64,000 nucleotides of DNA from Guillardia theta CCMP2712 (Eukaryota; Protista; Cryptophyta). The DNA lies in the NCBI RefSeq assembly GCF_000315625.1, contig NW_005434626.1, forward strand, positions 259,448 through 323,447, written 5' to 3'. Made by a program: the position numbers and the translations under genes. The notes beneath the pieces are model-generated. The model saw only the letters and a program-made list of their open reading frames with translations. It was not told where the DNA came from and did not search any database. This document shows, one piece after another, positions 23,979 through 36,499 of the stretch (positions are counted from its first letter, which is position 1; each line of letters opens with the position of its first letter).

Positions 23979-25592
23979 ATGAGCGGAGAATCTGACGAAG
24001 ACCTATCGTACAATCTGGGATCAGGTGCTCTTGCTGGATTCTAACGATACATGTTTGTTTGATCGTTGCTCGATTTTTTGTGCAATCATTTTCTTTCCCA
24101 TCACCACGACATGCAGTGATATGTTCTATGTTCAGATAGCAGTGAGGAGGAGGATGTGATTCGGACGCCAAACTCCAGGAAGCAGAAGACAGTAAGCTCT
24201 CACGCGCAAGGCTGTCGATGTTTACGATGAATGGTCTAGGTTGGGTTCGTCGACACCGCAAGACAAGGCGGGAATGCAGTTAGGTTTGACGCCCTACACT
24301 CTTACAGCGACCGAACGTATCAGGATGATGTCTGTGTTGTAGTATCAAGGATCTCTCCCTACTGGGCTACTCGGCAGCTACTTCCATCGGAGCAGGACGT
24401 ATGCTTCTGCTGCTCCATGATGCCTGGTCCTGATCTTCCAGCAATCGCAGCTAAGAGCTTACCAACAAGCCGGGAAGGCATCCAGCCTATCAAGGGAGGA
24501 GGAGATGCCCCGCAGAGACGAGCTGCATGGGAGGCAACAGGCTCTCCTGTCACGCAGGTGCCGAAGGGACTTAATCTCATAGCTGATCCTTATAATGTTC
24601 CCCCTGGACTCGTCAGATCTCGGCAGACTTGGAGGAAGTTTCGATCCGAGGGCATTCGCAACACGTTCCGTTGAGCATTGCTGCGCAGGTTCATTCGAGT
24701 GCAGAAGCTTGATGGTTGAGTTTCATTCCTGCAGGAAGTCATTTCTCCTGTTCTGTCCAATGCCACGCTGTCTACCTCCCCAACTCAACAAGTCCGAGAT
24801 CGATCTCCGCTCCCTCCGCTCCCTCTTCGCACGCCAGTCAAGGTAGCATGCTGTTCATGGCATCATTCGGTACTTCTTATGCTCCTCTTCCCGTCTACCA
24901 GAAGTCCCTCGAGCAAACGGCAGAGAGTGATCGACAGGATGAATCAGCCCTGTTGAGCCCTCAAGGTCTCCAAACTTCTCATCCAGTGACCAACTTTCTT
25001 GTGAGCGATGAGATGATGTATCAAAGTGATTGTGACTTGAGTCGTTCCCAAGAACCGCCCAGGTCAACCTCAGGTGGCCTCGAGAAGGTTTCACAGATGG
25101 TTGTTGAGTCACTTTTGACCATCATGCCCAACAGCCTGAGTGACCTGATGTCGAAGAAGAATCTCTTCTCCTCTGTAGGATTTTCGGGAGAGCAGAAGGC
25201 TCATCAGAAATCTTTGACAGATGTCTGAAATGAAATGACAGCATGATTGAACGATCTTGACTTTACTTGCAGATCAAGATGAGCATAGTTGGACCAAGTG
25301 ACCTGGTCGACTTCGCATCTTGTCTTCTTCTCTCTGACATGCGCCTTGTGTGAAACAGAACAAGAGTGAGGCTGAGGAGTCAAGACATCTTTGAATGTTC
25401 ACGGAGACGTTTGCAGAAGAAGTTCAAACAGGGCGAGAGAAATTGATCTACCTTGAGACTCCGGAAGCTGAGAGGTAGCAAAGAGTATGAGTGGTGAAGA
25501 TGTTGATGAAGGAGAAGGAGCGAAGGAGAAAGACGAAGGTCGAGAATCCTCGAGTTGATGAGAGTTGAAGCGGAGAAGGTTCGATTCGATAC

Positions 25593-25625
<33 letters not shown>

Positions 25626-27122
25626 TAAGATGATGCATGATGATGATGTATGAAGATGATGTAAGATGATGTATGATGATGATGTATGATGATGATGATG
25701 TATGATGATGATGATGATGTATGAGGAATATATAACGATGTTGAGAACAGGAATCGTTCCAGCATAAGCAGAGAGTTCTTCAACTTTTAGAGATGTTGCG
25801 ACAAGTGAGAAATCTTCTTTTTCCTCTCCTCTCCTCTCCTCTTCTCTTCTCTCCTCTCCTCTCCTCTCCTCTCCGCTCTTCTCCGCTCCTCTCTTCCTCC
25901 CTTCTTTTCCGTACCTCTACGGATTCGTCAGTTGCTGACGCTTTTGATCTTTAGGCTGAGTCGACGGCAAAAGAGGTGCTGAATGAGTAGAAAAGAAAAA
26001 CAAAAGCGGCGGCAGAGTGTCGTTGGAGTTGAAGAGGAGGAGGAGGAGGAGGAGGAGGAGGAGGAGGAGGACATAGTTGAATGACGTAATCGTGTGCAGG
26101 AAAACTCATTCAACGAGACTCTGGTGAAGGAGCTTCAGAAAAAGATCCAGGAGGGTAAGTTTGGCGACTGAGCAACTTGCTGCCGTATGATGCGATTTGC
26201 AGCCGAGGATGAGAAAGAGTCGCTCAACACTCAGTTGAAGACTCTTGAACGTCAGTATGCCTCGCTAGACGAACAGGTTGGAATGAGCTGTTGTCGTGCG
26301 CCGCTGGTTGACCTGTCATGTTGGAAAGTTCCAAACGCTCGAGGAGCAGACGGCGGGGATGGAAGAGATGCACCAGAACATGGAGGAGCTGCAGGCTAGG
26401 ATGAGTGAGAGGGACGAGAAGATCGCGGTGAAAATGCTCTGGCGCCTCATGAAGTCGTGTGATGACTGGGAAGGACCTGGAGGAGAAGCTGAGAAGGTCG
26501 CTCGAGAGTCAGTCGCATGCTGAGAGGCAGCTGAAAGAGTCGGAGATCTTCAAGTCGGACCAGGTGGGATCCGACTGTTGCCTGCCTGTCGAGTTTGACA
26601 GGCCCCTGTGCTCGTTGAACAGATGCTGGAGATTGAGAGATTGCAAGAGAGCTCTCAGCTTTTCACGAAGGAGAGCAGAGAGATGGTGTGCGGCGATCTT
26701 GTTCCTCCTGCCGACTGATCGGTTATGAGTGCAGAACAAAGTCGTCACATCCCTCAAGAATGAAATCGCAACGTTGGAGGAAGCACTGAGCTCGTGAGAC
26801 AGCTGCGGATGCAAGTTGAAGCCAAGTGATATGTTGTTGGAGCAGAAAGATGGAAGAGATCGAGAGAGCGAGGAGCGAGGTGATCAACAGGCCTTGCATG
26901 CTGTTGTCAAACTTGATCGTTCGTCAAAGGCAAGAAAGTACAAGATGTCGATGGATTCTTTAGAGGTAGAGCTGCAAAACTCAAGATCGGAGGTAGCAGA
27001 AGGGGATGGAGGTTGTGTTTGAGGACGTTCCTGCAGTCTTCGTCGTTGAGGAGTCAACTGGAGATGGTGTCGCAGGAAAGAGAAGACCTTAGAGAAGAGA
27101 CTGTTCGCCTCAAGGTGCATGT

Positions 27123-27165
<43 letters not shown>

Positions 27166-28009
27166 CAGCTCAGATGAACGACATGGTTTCGTTGATGAAT
27201 GAGAGTGCCATCTTATCTTGACATATTCTAAACATGTCGTCTGGGCATCAGGACGTGATCAACGTGAGGAAAAGAGAAGCGGCAGAGTTGCAGGAGTCAG
27301 AAGAAAAGTTCAAGGTGACAGATTATGAACAACATCACATCATGCCACAGCACAGCAAGCACAGCACAGCAGCTCAGCTCAGCTCAGCTCAGCTCAGCTC
27401 AGCTCGGCTCGGCTCATCTTGTGTCACTTCATATGTGTGATCTCTTTGTTCCACCCGACTCACAACTTCCCTTGTCAGAGTGAAGTTGAAAGGAGGGACC
27501 GATCCCTCCGATTCATGCAAGGAAGGCTTGATGCCCTGGAGAGCGAAAACGAGCAGGCAGCAAGGAGCAGGGAGAGAAGAATGCAAACTGACTTGCTCCT
27601 GCAGTTGCAATCTGAGATTGTCAACTATCGCAAGCAGTTGAAGAACATGGAGCAAGAAAACAGGACGACCAGCGCGCGAGTAAGTTGATAACATCTTAAA
27701 CCTTTGATGATGGTTTGATTGGAAATTGATGATGGAGATGAAAACAACGACAACGAAGTTTTCGCTGCTGCTGCTGCTGCTGTTCTTGATGGTGGTGGTG
27801 GTGATGGTGGTGATGATGATAGAGTGAAGGAGATGGTTCTATTTTGGTTCAATTCCTAACCCACGTTCTTTAGTGTGCGCAACTGGAAGGATGGATGACT
27901 TCATTGCAAACTTCTCGTTCTGACCACACCTATTTCGACAATGGTCAAGAAACTTACAGGACAGAAATGAACAGGTGGGCACAACCCTCCTCCTCCATCT
28001 TGATCCCCT

Positions 28010-28053
<44 letters not shown>

Positions 28054-29021
28054 TCACTTCCTCGTCTTCCTTCCTTCCGTCCCCCTCATCCCTCCTTGTC
28101 TTGGTCCTCCTCCTCTTCCTCCTTGTCCTCCTTCTCCTCGCATAGATACATACACCTGATCTTCACGGCATTACAGGGCGTCGCAGAACTTGTCCAACAC
28201 TTTCAACGCGATGCCGAAGAAACAACTCTCCCTCGACCTGCATCAGCTCAACAGGCCGTTGGAAGACCAGCAGGTTCAAGTGACAGCAAGGCAGCAGCCA
28301 GTGGAGCACGTGGGAGGAAAGCAGACTGCGAGAGAGGAGACGTTCCTTTCATCTCGCCGCCACGACAACGAGGCAGAGGTTTCCTCCTCCTCCTCCTCCT
28401 CCTCCTCCTCCTCCTCCTCCTCCTCCTCCTCCTCCCGCTCTTGGAGTGACTTTGTGCAGAGCTCGTCAAACTCCAAACGACCCACAAGCAAGGAAGCTAT
28501 GGTGATGCCGTTGATCCTTCCGCTACCTTCTCCTCTTCCTCTTCCTCCTACTCCCTCCCTCATCCTCCCTCCCTTTCCCCTGTTCCCCTCCTCCTGACCC
28601 TCTCCCTCCCTCCCTCCCTCCCTCCCTAGCTCCTCACCTTACCTGTTATTTTTCAACAGGCAGAAGCTCGAGCACAAGAACTGTTCAAAGCCATCCAGGA
28701 GCAGAACGTAAGGAGAGCAAGACCGAGGCGGGAGAGGAGCGAGAGGAGGGGGGGGGGGAGGTCATGGGAGGGGAACGAGCAGAGATGGAGCGATCAAAGC
28801 TCTGTAAGTTGCCTAATCAAAGGGGAGGAATCGGAGAAGAAGGGAGGGGATGGAAGGATGTGAGGAGGAGGAGGAGGAGGAGGAGGAGGAGGAGGTTGAT
28901 GTGACAAGCGGGGCAGGCGGAGCGAGCAGAGCGGGAGAAGCGAAAAAGTCGAATGAGCAACTCGAGCGGCGCGCCATATGCGCATGGAGGAACTTTTGGG
29001 AGGTTTAAAGACAGCGATGAC

Positions 29022-29055
<34 letters not shown>

Positions 29056-29058
29056 GTG

Positions 29059-29090
<32 letters not shown>

Positions 29091-29093
29091 GTG

Positions 29094-29152
<59 letters not shown>

Positions 29153-30687
29153 GTGTGATGATGATATTGATAACGATGATGATGCTCTTGTTGATGATGA
29201 TGCTGAGATTACAGATGATGAGTTGTTGTCTCTTTCCCAGCTCATTCTCTCCTCCAGCTCTGCGAGCCAAGATCAAAGGCCGACACCTTACATGCATGGC
29301 GAGTCAGAAGCAGAGGATGCTGCTGTTGCAATGAGGACAAGATCCAAGTTCAGAGATGTGAGGTCTGCTGAGGAGCGACAGACTTGTTCTTCGGAGCCGC
29401 CTGTACAAGTCGAGCATAACAACTCAAACCCTCGAGAGCCGCACACTGACGATACTCCCGTCAAGCGTTCCAACGAGGCGAAACCAGTGCAAGAGGGATT
29501 CTCCTTCACTTCGTTCCAGGTTGGTGACTTGAAGTCGTGATGACGATGACGATGATGTTGAGTTGTTGTTCTTGTTCTTGTTCTTGTTCTTGTTCTTGTT
29601 CTTGTTCTTGTTCTTGTTCTTGTTCTTGTTCTTGTTCTTATTCTTGTTGATGGGGATAGGGATGGAGATGTGGACAGAAATGAGAGTGGAGATGATGAGT
29701 TAGAGTCGAGGGAGGAAGGAATGCGTTAGAATCATGACATGTTACATGTCGTGCACATTTCATTCATTTCCAATCTCACGATGTTGTCTCGTGTTCGTCT
29801 CTTCCATCTCTGACTTCATCTTGCATTTTCCTGCTCGTCATAACAACATTCGCAGGAGATTGACAACTACACTCGAAACCTCCAGCAGCAACTCTTGTCC
29901 CTCAACCAAGAGAAACAGATGATGGAGTCTCAGGCATCCTCCTCCTCCTCCTCCTCCTCCTCCTCCTCCTCCTCCTCCTCCTCCTCCTCCTCCTCCTCCT
30001 CCTCCTCCTCCTCCTCCTCCACTCGTCCTCTCTGTTCCCTCTAGCTCGCTCACACGTCGCTACTCTCCCCCTCCCATCTCATTGTTTTTCAATTGACCTC
30101 TTTCCTCTCTTCTCTCTGCTCCTCCTTTCCCTCCCTCCCTCCTCTCCCCTGCAGCTCCTGACTTTCACGGCAGTTGACCAAGTTGGTCTCAAAGGGCTTC
30201 CTCAAGACAGGAGAGGAGCGGTAACGAACGAGCTTCGTCTTCGAACTTCCTGCTCCGTCCTGCCCGTCCCCTCCTCTTCTTTCCTGCTCCTGTCCCCTCT
30301 TTCTCCCGCTCTTGCTCCTGCTCCTGCTCCCTCCTCTTCTCTCCTACTCCTGCTACTCCTCGCTGCCTCTCTTTCTCCTTATGCATTCGACTGCTGCAGG
30401 AGGCACAAGCTCGACCTCGAGCGAGGGCTTGAAGAAGTTTCGAAGCAAATCGTCTCGCTTCGTCGCCAGGTGATGGAGGAGAAGAACGTGGAAGAAGGAG
30501 AGGAGAGGAACGGGGAAGGAAATAAGAGTGAGAGAGAAGGTAACGGTGAAGACAGAGGAGGAGGGGAGGAAGGGGAGGAAAAGGAAGGGGGGGGGGAGGT
30601 GCTGACGGCTTCTATCAGGTACGGAAGTTGGAAGGCAACAGCTTAAACCCGAAGCCCATGCAGGAATATTCCGTCCTAGAGCGATGA
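23979..30687 (+). CDS. Long coiled-coil protein (more than 20 exons) with an MPHOSPH9-like C-terminal helical motif; possibly centrosomal/basal-body
   Basis: Exon chain starting MSGESDEDLSYNLGS/DSSEEEDVIRTPNSRKQKT. Heptad-rich exons at 26.1-27.7 kb. C-terminal exons EIDNYTRNLQQQLLSLNQEKQMMESQ / LTKLVSKGFLKTGEER / RHKLDLERGLEEVSKQIVSLRRQ / VRKLEG. Confidence 0.65.
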
Positions 30688-31043
30688 AGGAGAGGGGAGA
30701 AGAGATTCATTCCCCCATGTACATGAAGCATGCTGAATGATATAAAACACTTCAACTACTCCTCTTCTCCCCTCTCCTCCCCTCCCCTCCCCTCTCCTCT
30801 GCCATTCTATCCATTCCTTCCGCCCTCTCCCCGGGGTCGTCATTTTCCCAACAAACCTTTTTTTGCGCTGTTTTTCCTCCCTCCCCACCTCCATCCTCCC
30901 ATCACATCCACATCTGACCCCCCCCCACCCCCCCACCCCCCCTCACTCACTCTCTGCCCTCCCCCCCTCTCTTTCTCCCTCGTTCTCTCTCTCTTTCTCT
31001 CCCTCTTCTTCCTCCTCTCCCTCTATCCTTTCCTCATCTCAGC

Positions 31044-32789
31044 ATGGAACCTGAGCACGGTCACCCCGAACACGCAGACTTGCCGGCCATCCGAGCAGAC
31101 GAGGTCTTAGTGCAGCTCACCCGAGCCTTCATCGCGCGGCAGCAGGACAATTTCGAGCAGCTCATGAGCGGCTCCTACTCCCGCGGCATCAGCTGCTCCG
31201 GTAAGATCATGGGCATCGGATCTCAGGTTGACCCCAAGCGCTTTCGCTCCGGCCTCTCAGTCATCATCGAGCCCTACAGCTACTGCCGCTCGTGGGTGCC
31301 TCCTCCTCCCACCCGCCCCCCTGTTCCTCTCCTCCCTCCTCCTCCACCATCATCGTCACCACAACAATCACCTCCTCTTCTTTGCCTCCTCCTCCTCCTT
31401 CCCCCCTCCTCTTTGCCTCCTTCACACTCCTAGCATGTGAACTTGAGCTCACAGGTGCGCCAACTGCGAGATGGGTCAGACCAATCTCTGTCAGTTCGGC
31501 CGCGTCCTTAACTTCTTCGAGGACGGCGACCTCCTCCCATGGCTCTGCGTGCCCCAGCACCTCGCCCATGTCCTCGACGGCTCGGCACGGGACGAGCTCC
31601 TGCTCACGGCATGTGCAGCCAGCGTGACACAGGGCATGATCAAGGCCAACATCCTCCCAGGAGACAGCGTCCTCATCATCGGAGACGACGTGCACTCCTT
31701 CATCGGCTCCTGCTTCGCCCGCAGCGTCGGCTCCGACTTCGTAGGCATCGTCGCTCGGACTGAGCGCAACATGTCGACGGCGCTGCTGTGCGGGGCCTCC
31801 TGCTTCTGGTCGAGTTACCAGGCGGAGAGCGTGCCCAGCATTCACGCGAGGATCGAGATGGACGTGAGGAGGGAGACGAACGCTGCAGGAGCCGATGTGG
31901 TTGTCTACACCAACGGCTACGACGAGACTTGCCTTCCTCTCAACGTCGCTCTCGACTGCCTCCGTCCTGGAGGCAGCTTGATCCTTGCTCGGTCCCTGGA
32001 GGTTGACAGGTGAGCAAGCAGCTGGGCTGTTCTTGGGCATCGTGAACGCTCGTGCTGGCAGGGACGAGGCGCCGTCCTTACACGAGGCTTCTCGTCCTCA
32101 CTCGAACTTCCTCGAGCGGATCATCAGCAAGCAGATTCGCTTCATCCCGGTGAGCAGAGCACAGCTGCGACTTCTCCTCCTCCTCCTCGTCCTCCTCCTT
32201 GTCCACCTCGTCGTTGTCATCCTCCTCCTCTCCTTACTCTCTCCTTCGTGCTCACTCTACACCCAACATATCTCTTCAACCCACGTCCTCTCCTCGTCCA
32301 TATCATCACCACCACCACGTCAACTAAGTCAACCAGCTCTGACACTCAGCATCAGGTTTGGGGCTTCTCATCTGCCGTCTTCAAGCAGGTGCGAGGAGGA
32401 GAACAAGTGAGCAAGTAACGTCTCTTGCAGACGCTCGAGTGGCTGCGATGCAAAGTCTTCGACGTCAGCCCGGCCTTGACGTGAGCTGAGAGACTCCTGC
32501 CTTCTTGCCTGACCTTTCCCGTCACAGCAATGAGGTCTGCATGCGTATTCAGAGCAGCGAACTTGAGGAGGTGAGCAGCCTAGAGGACCAGCTCGTCGGT
32601 CTACTCCTCGTAAGCTGAAAAATCTCGGGATCGTGGGGTGTATAGACTTCATCAGAACTTTATAGAACAATCCTCCTCCTCCTCCTCCTCACATCACAAG
32701 CCCAACTCGTTACAGACGAAGCAGTGCCAATGGCGAGCAGGTCCAACATTGTCCACCTCACAGGAAAAAGCGAAACAAAACTCAACTAA
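31044..32789 (+). CDS. Medium-chain dehydrogenase/reductase (Zn-ADH/sorbitol-DH fold) with degenerate catalytic site
   Basis: DEVLVQL, GKIMGIGSQV..FRSGLSVIIEP, structural Zn site YCRS/CANCEMGQTNLC, ILPGDSVLIIG, GADVVV, ALDCLRPGGSLIL. 3' exons approximate. Confidence 0.75.
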
Positions 32790-32818
32790 ACGGGAAAATA
32801 AGTGAAGGCTCTGACGAG

Positions 32819-34044
32819 TTACAACACGCGGAATCCTCTTCGCCTCTCGATGATCTGGGAGATGTAGTCGTGGGTGGACACCCCTGGGTGTTTCCCTCCT
32901 GCCCACATGTCAACGATGCAGGCGAGTCAACCCGCACTAGCTCACCCATCCAGTCGGGAATGGCTTCGATGGGGATGCCTTCCTCGTTCATCTTCTTGAT
33001 CGCTTCCTTCGCGCTACCTATGATCTGAATCTTGCTCAACGTGACCGGGTGCAGCCATGGCTTGATGATTGCCCAGATCGCTCGGAAAATCAGTGGAGAG
33101 TTCACCTAAAAGCTCATCAGCATATGCGGTCCACCCCTTCAGCCTCATTCACCAGATAAATCTTCCACATGCTCTCAGGGTAGTAAGTTGAACCAATGTG
33201 AAAAATCTTTTGAAGAACCTGCAACGTATCAGCACGTGCGAAGAAGTTCCAATGTGCTGCTCACTTGTCTCTTCTTTCCTCGCAGCATGTTCATACTCAT
33301 GTTCGTCAGATCTACGCATAGAGTGTGCTTGTATCGTTGTGATCCATTTTGCCTATCAACCCATTAAACCCAACCATCGCGCAAGGATTCCTCACATCAT
33401 CCATTCATGCTTGTAGATTTGATAGGCGCTCATCTTCTGCCCTTGTAGACTACAATGATCCTCACTCTCAGACAGGAACAGACAAGTAGAAGCTTCTCCA
33501 CCTTTCCAGGGCTTCATCGCTCAACGTCATCAATGAATCTGTGTCTACTTCGCCAGCCCTTACTCCCTGGATGAAATGCCCCCATTTATCGTGCCCATAC
33601 ATCTTTTCCGGCCACCTGATCCCCATTCATTATGCTGATGAATATCACAAACTTAGGGTACCATGCATGAAAATTCTTATCGTCTTGGATATGGCAGTCG
33701 AAAAATTTGTAGAACCCAACCTTGTCCCGCCAGTCAGCGATCATCTTGATGGCCTGTGTTGTCATCATCACTGGCAATTTGATATGCTTTCATCGGCTCA
33801 TACATCGCAAATCGCTTTCCTCCTGTCTGACTCTCCCCAGAACCCTCTCACAATCATGAGAACCTGGCACCGTGATCAGAAGCATTGCCGTCACAACAGG
33901 TAGCATCACATCCAGGGGATCTGCTGCAAACTTTTCACGCTGAGCATCAGTGAGTGATTCAAGCGCTATCTTGCACCAACGGTCTTCCTCCTCTGTCCTA
34001 CGGCATTCTTCCTCCGCAGCGAGCTTGTCTTGGATTGGCGACAT
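32819..34044 (-). CDS. CRAL-TRIO (Sec14-like) lipid-binding protein; multi-exon
   Basis: MIADWR, GKDKWGH, YYPESMWKIYL/VNSPLIFRAIWAIIKPWLHPVTLSKIQIIG, IPDWM/GG. Confidence 0.88.
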
Positions 34045-36499
34045 CAATCAAGAAGGCAGGATCAAGTGTGCTTTGTAACTTGGTATCCCTTTCCTCCTGC
34101 AAACCAACCCATCGGTTAACATGAGCACATGCCAATACGAAATGTTTCTTGATCATGTCTGCATAATTCTAACAGTCCCATTTGCATCTCTTCACAATCC
34201 CTCCCATTGCCAAAAACTACATTATTTGATCTATTCCCGCTCCTTCTTCCCTTCCTTCCATACTGCAACGGACATGACAATAGTGTTCCTCCTCCAACTT
34301 TCCCCTCATGATTCTCTCATCAAGCTTCCTCCTCCAACTCCCTACAGTGTAGTTAGCACCATCGCCCTTCTCCATCCTGACGGCTGTAAACCTGAAAATC
34401 TGTGTCGCAACACCTTGCCCGATCTTTCCAACACTCACTGAACAATAGGACATTTCTCAAGCGGAAATCTCAATGATATTTCATTTCACTCCTCACTTCA
34501 CTTCAAGAGCGCCATCCAACCGCTATTGACTCAAACGAACAACTCTTTCCCCACCTGCTTCTTACAGCATCGCGATAAAAGCTCCTCTCCGACTGCAGCT
34601 TATTCCATGATCTGTTCTAGAAGGCTTCAACTGCGTTTTCTATGTTCTCATTCTACTTTCCTCCGCCATTCCCATACCTCCCACAGTTCCTCCTCCTCCT
34701 CCTCCTCCGTCAACTTTCACAAAAGCTTCACTCCTGCATTTCCTGAACCACTACCCCCTTCTCAAATTTCCCCCGGGAACCTGCCATGAACCCCTACCCC
34801 CTCCTTCAAAGACCCCTACCCCTACATTACTTTTCCCCTATCCCTGGACCCCTCCTGTGTTATGTATTGACCCCCACCCACCACCGACAAGAATACCCGC
34901 AAGGGGACCACCTCCGCAAGACATAAAATACACCCCGTCATCTTCCAAGTACCCCCCACCCCCCATATCAAGAATTGGACCACCCCATCTATTTGACCAT
35001 CACATCAAAACTGGAAACCCCACCTTGGATGGACCTGCACCACCCTACCACCCCCACCCTAGTCACTTGCTAGCTCCAGTACCCCAAACTGACCTCCTTG
35101 TACCTACAGCAAAAAGGTACCCCTACCCCATTCTTTGGACCCACCTTCACATCTCACAACGATTGAAGGTACCCCTACTTTTAGCTCATCTTCGCCTTTG
35201 ACTACTTCACACAAGTTGACTACCCCTACCCCCAAGATATCTCATGAGAACCCCTCTAAATCTATGTTCGGTTGAACCCCTACCATAGGAGAATCATAAC
35301 CCCTTCCATTACTACCCCCTCTATGTGATCGTGGCCTAGAACCCCTGGTAAATCTTATATTCCCCAATCTCCACATTGAGGTACGGGTCCTTATCGTACC
35401 AAAGGGGCTCCCTACCTGCTGGGGTCATCGAATCTGCGGAGTTTGCAGAATTTAGTGAGGGTGGGTGTACGCTGTGGTTGCACTAGGACCCGGGGTATTA
35501 TATAGAAAATGAGAGGGTAGTCATTTATAAAAGATACAGAGATAATGGGTGGGGGTGGTAGTAGCTCTTGATCGTCGTGAAGGACATGTAGGGAAAGATG
35601 GGGTAGGGGGTACCATCACCACCCTAGCCACTATCTCAGATGCTGGATATGTTATTAGTAGCATATCTCAGCAGCGTAATTATTATGATCTCAATTAAGG
35701 AATTGAAGATCTTGGAAGGCTTTCTCCGCATCAACTCACCCCCCACCCCCCTGAATCTAACGGCTCCCACACTCACTACGTCCTCAGATCGCACAGTCGG
35801 GTGCAGTCTATCTACTAGCTTTTTTGCCCGGTGTTGCTCGGGAACGCCAAGTCGGACCGTCCGCCCGGACCGTACTCACGGTCGGTCGCGCGAGGGCCCG
35901 GCCCGTACGGTACCGTACGGTAGCGCGGCCGCGCCGTCGATGAGCCAGGCAGTGAGCCAGGCAAGGTTTCATTGACCAACGTCAGATTAACACGGCCGGG
36001 ATGTATCAATTAACACGGGCCGGGATGTATCAATGCCGGAGGCTGTGCTTGTCATGCTTGCACCATCTTTCCAGCACTATGTGTTTCCAAGGCATCACAA
36101 AAACCTGGAAGGAAAGATCCCTTACAGCATGCTTTCCATCCTTAGTCAGTATTCATGCCGCTAACAAATGAGGAAACACAACCATCATGGACATCTTGGT
36201 GCTTTACCGACATCGCATGCAGCGCGATTGCTATGCACGATATGTCCAACAGTTCCAAGAAAGAGATAAAAACAAAACTTAAAACTCTAAAACTGAAGGT
36301 CAAAGTACTAAATATCAGTCAAGTTTTAGGTTCTTTCTACCCTGCTTTCAAGCTATCTTGCATCCTTTCATGACAGCATTTCTGCCACGGTTGACCACCC
36401 CCCTTCCCCAGTAGTATAGTCTACGACCGCCGGTAGGGGTAGTGGGTGAGCACCGCACGGAGGGTTCCCGCCTTTTCTCGAAGTTTGTGGGCGGATCGG

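Noticed and set aside
34780-35640. Interstitial telomere or tRNA/rRNA gene in the TACCCC patches
   Set aside because: Motifs are dispersed rather than tandem; no cloverleaf or rRNA-like sequence recognised anywhere in the window
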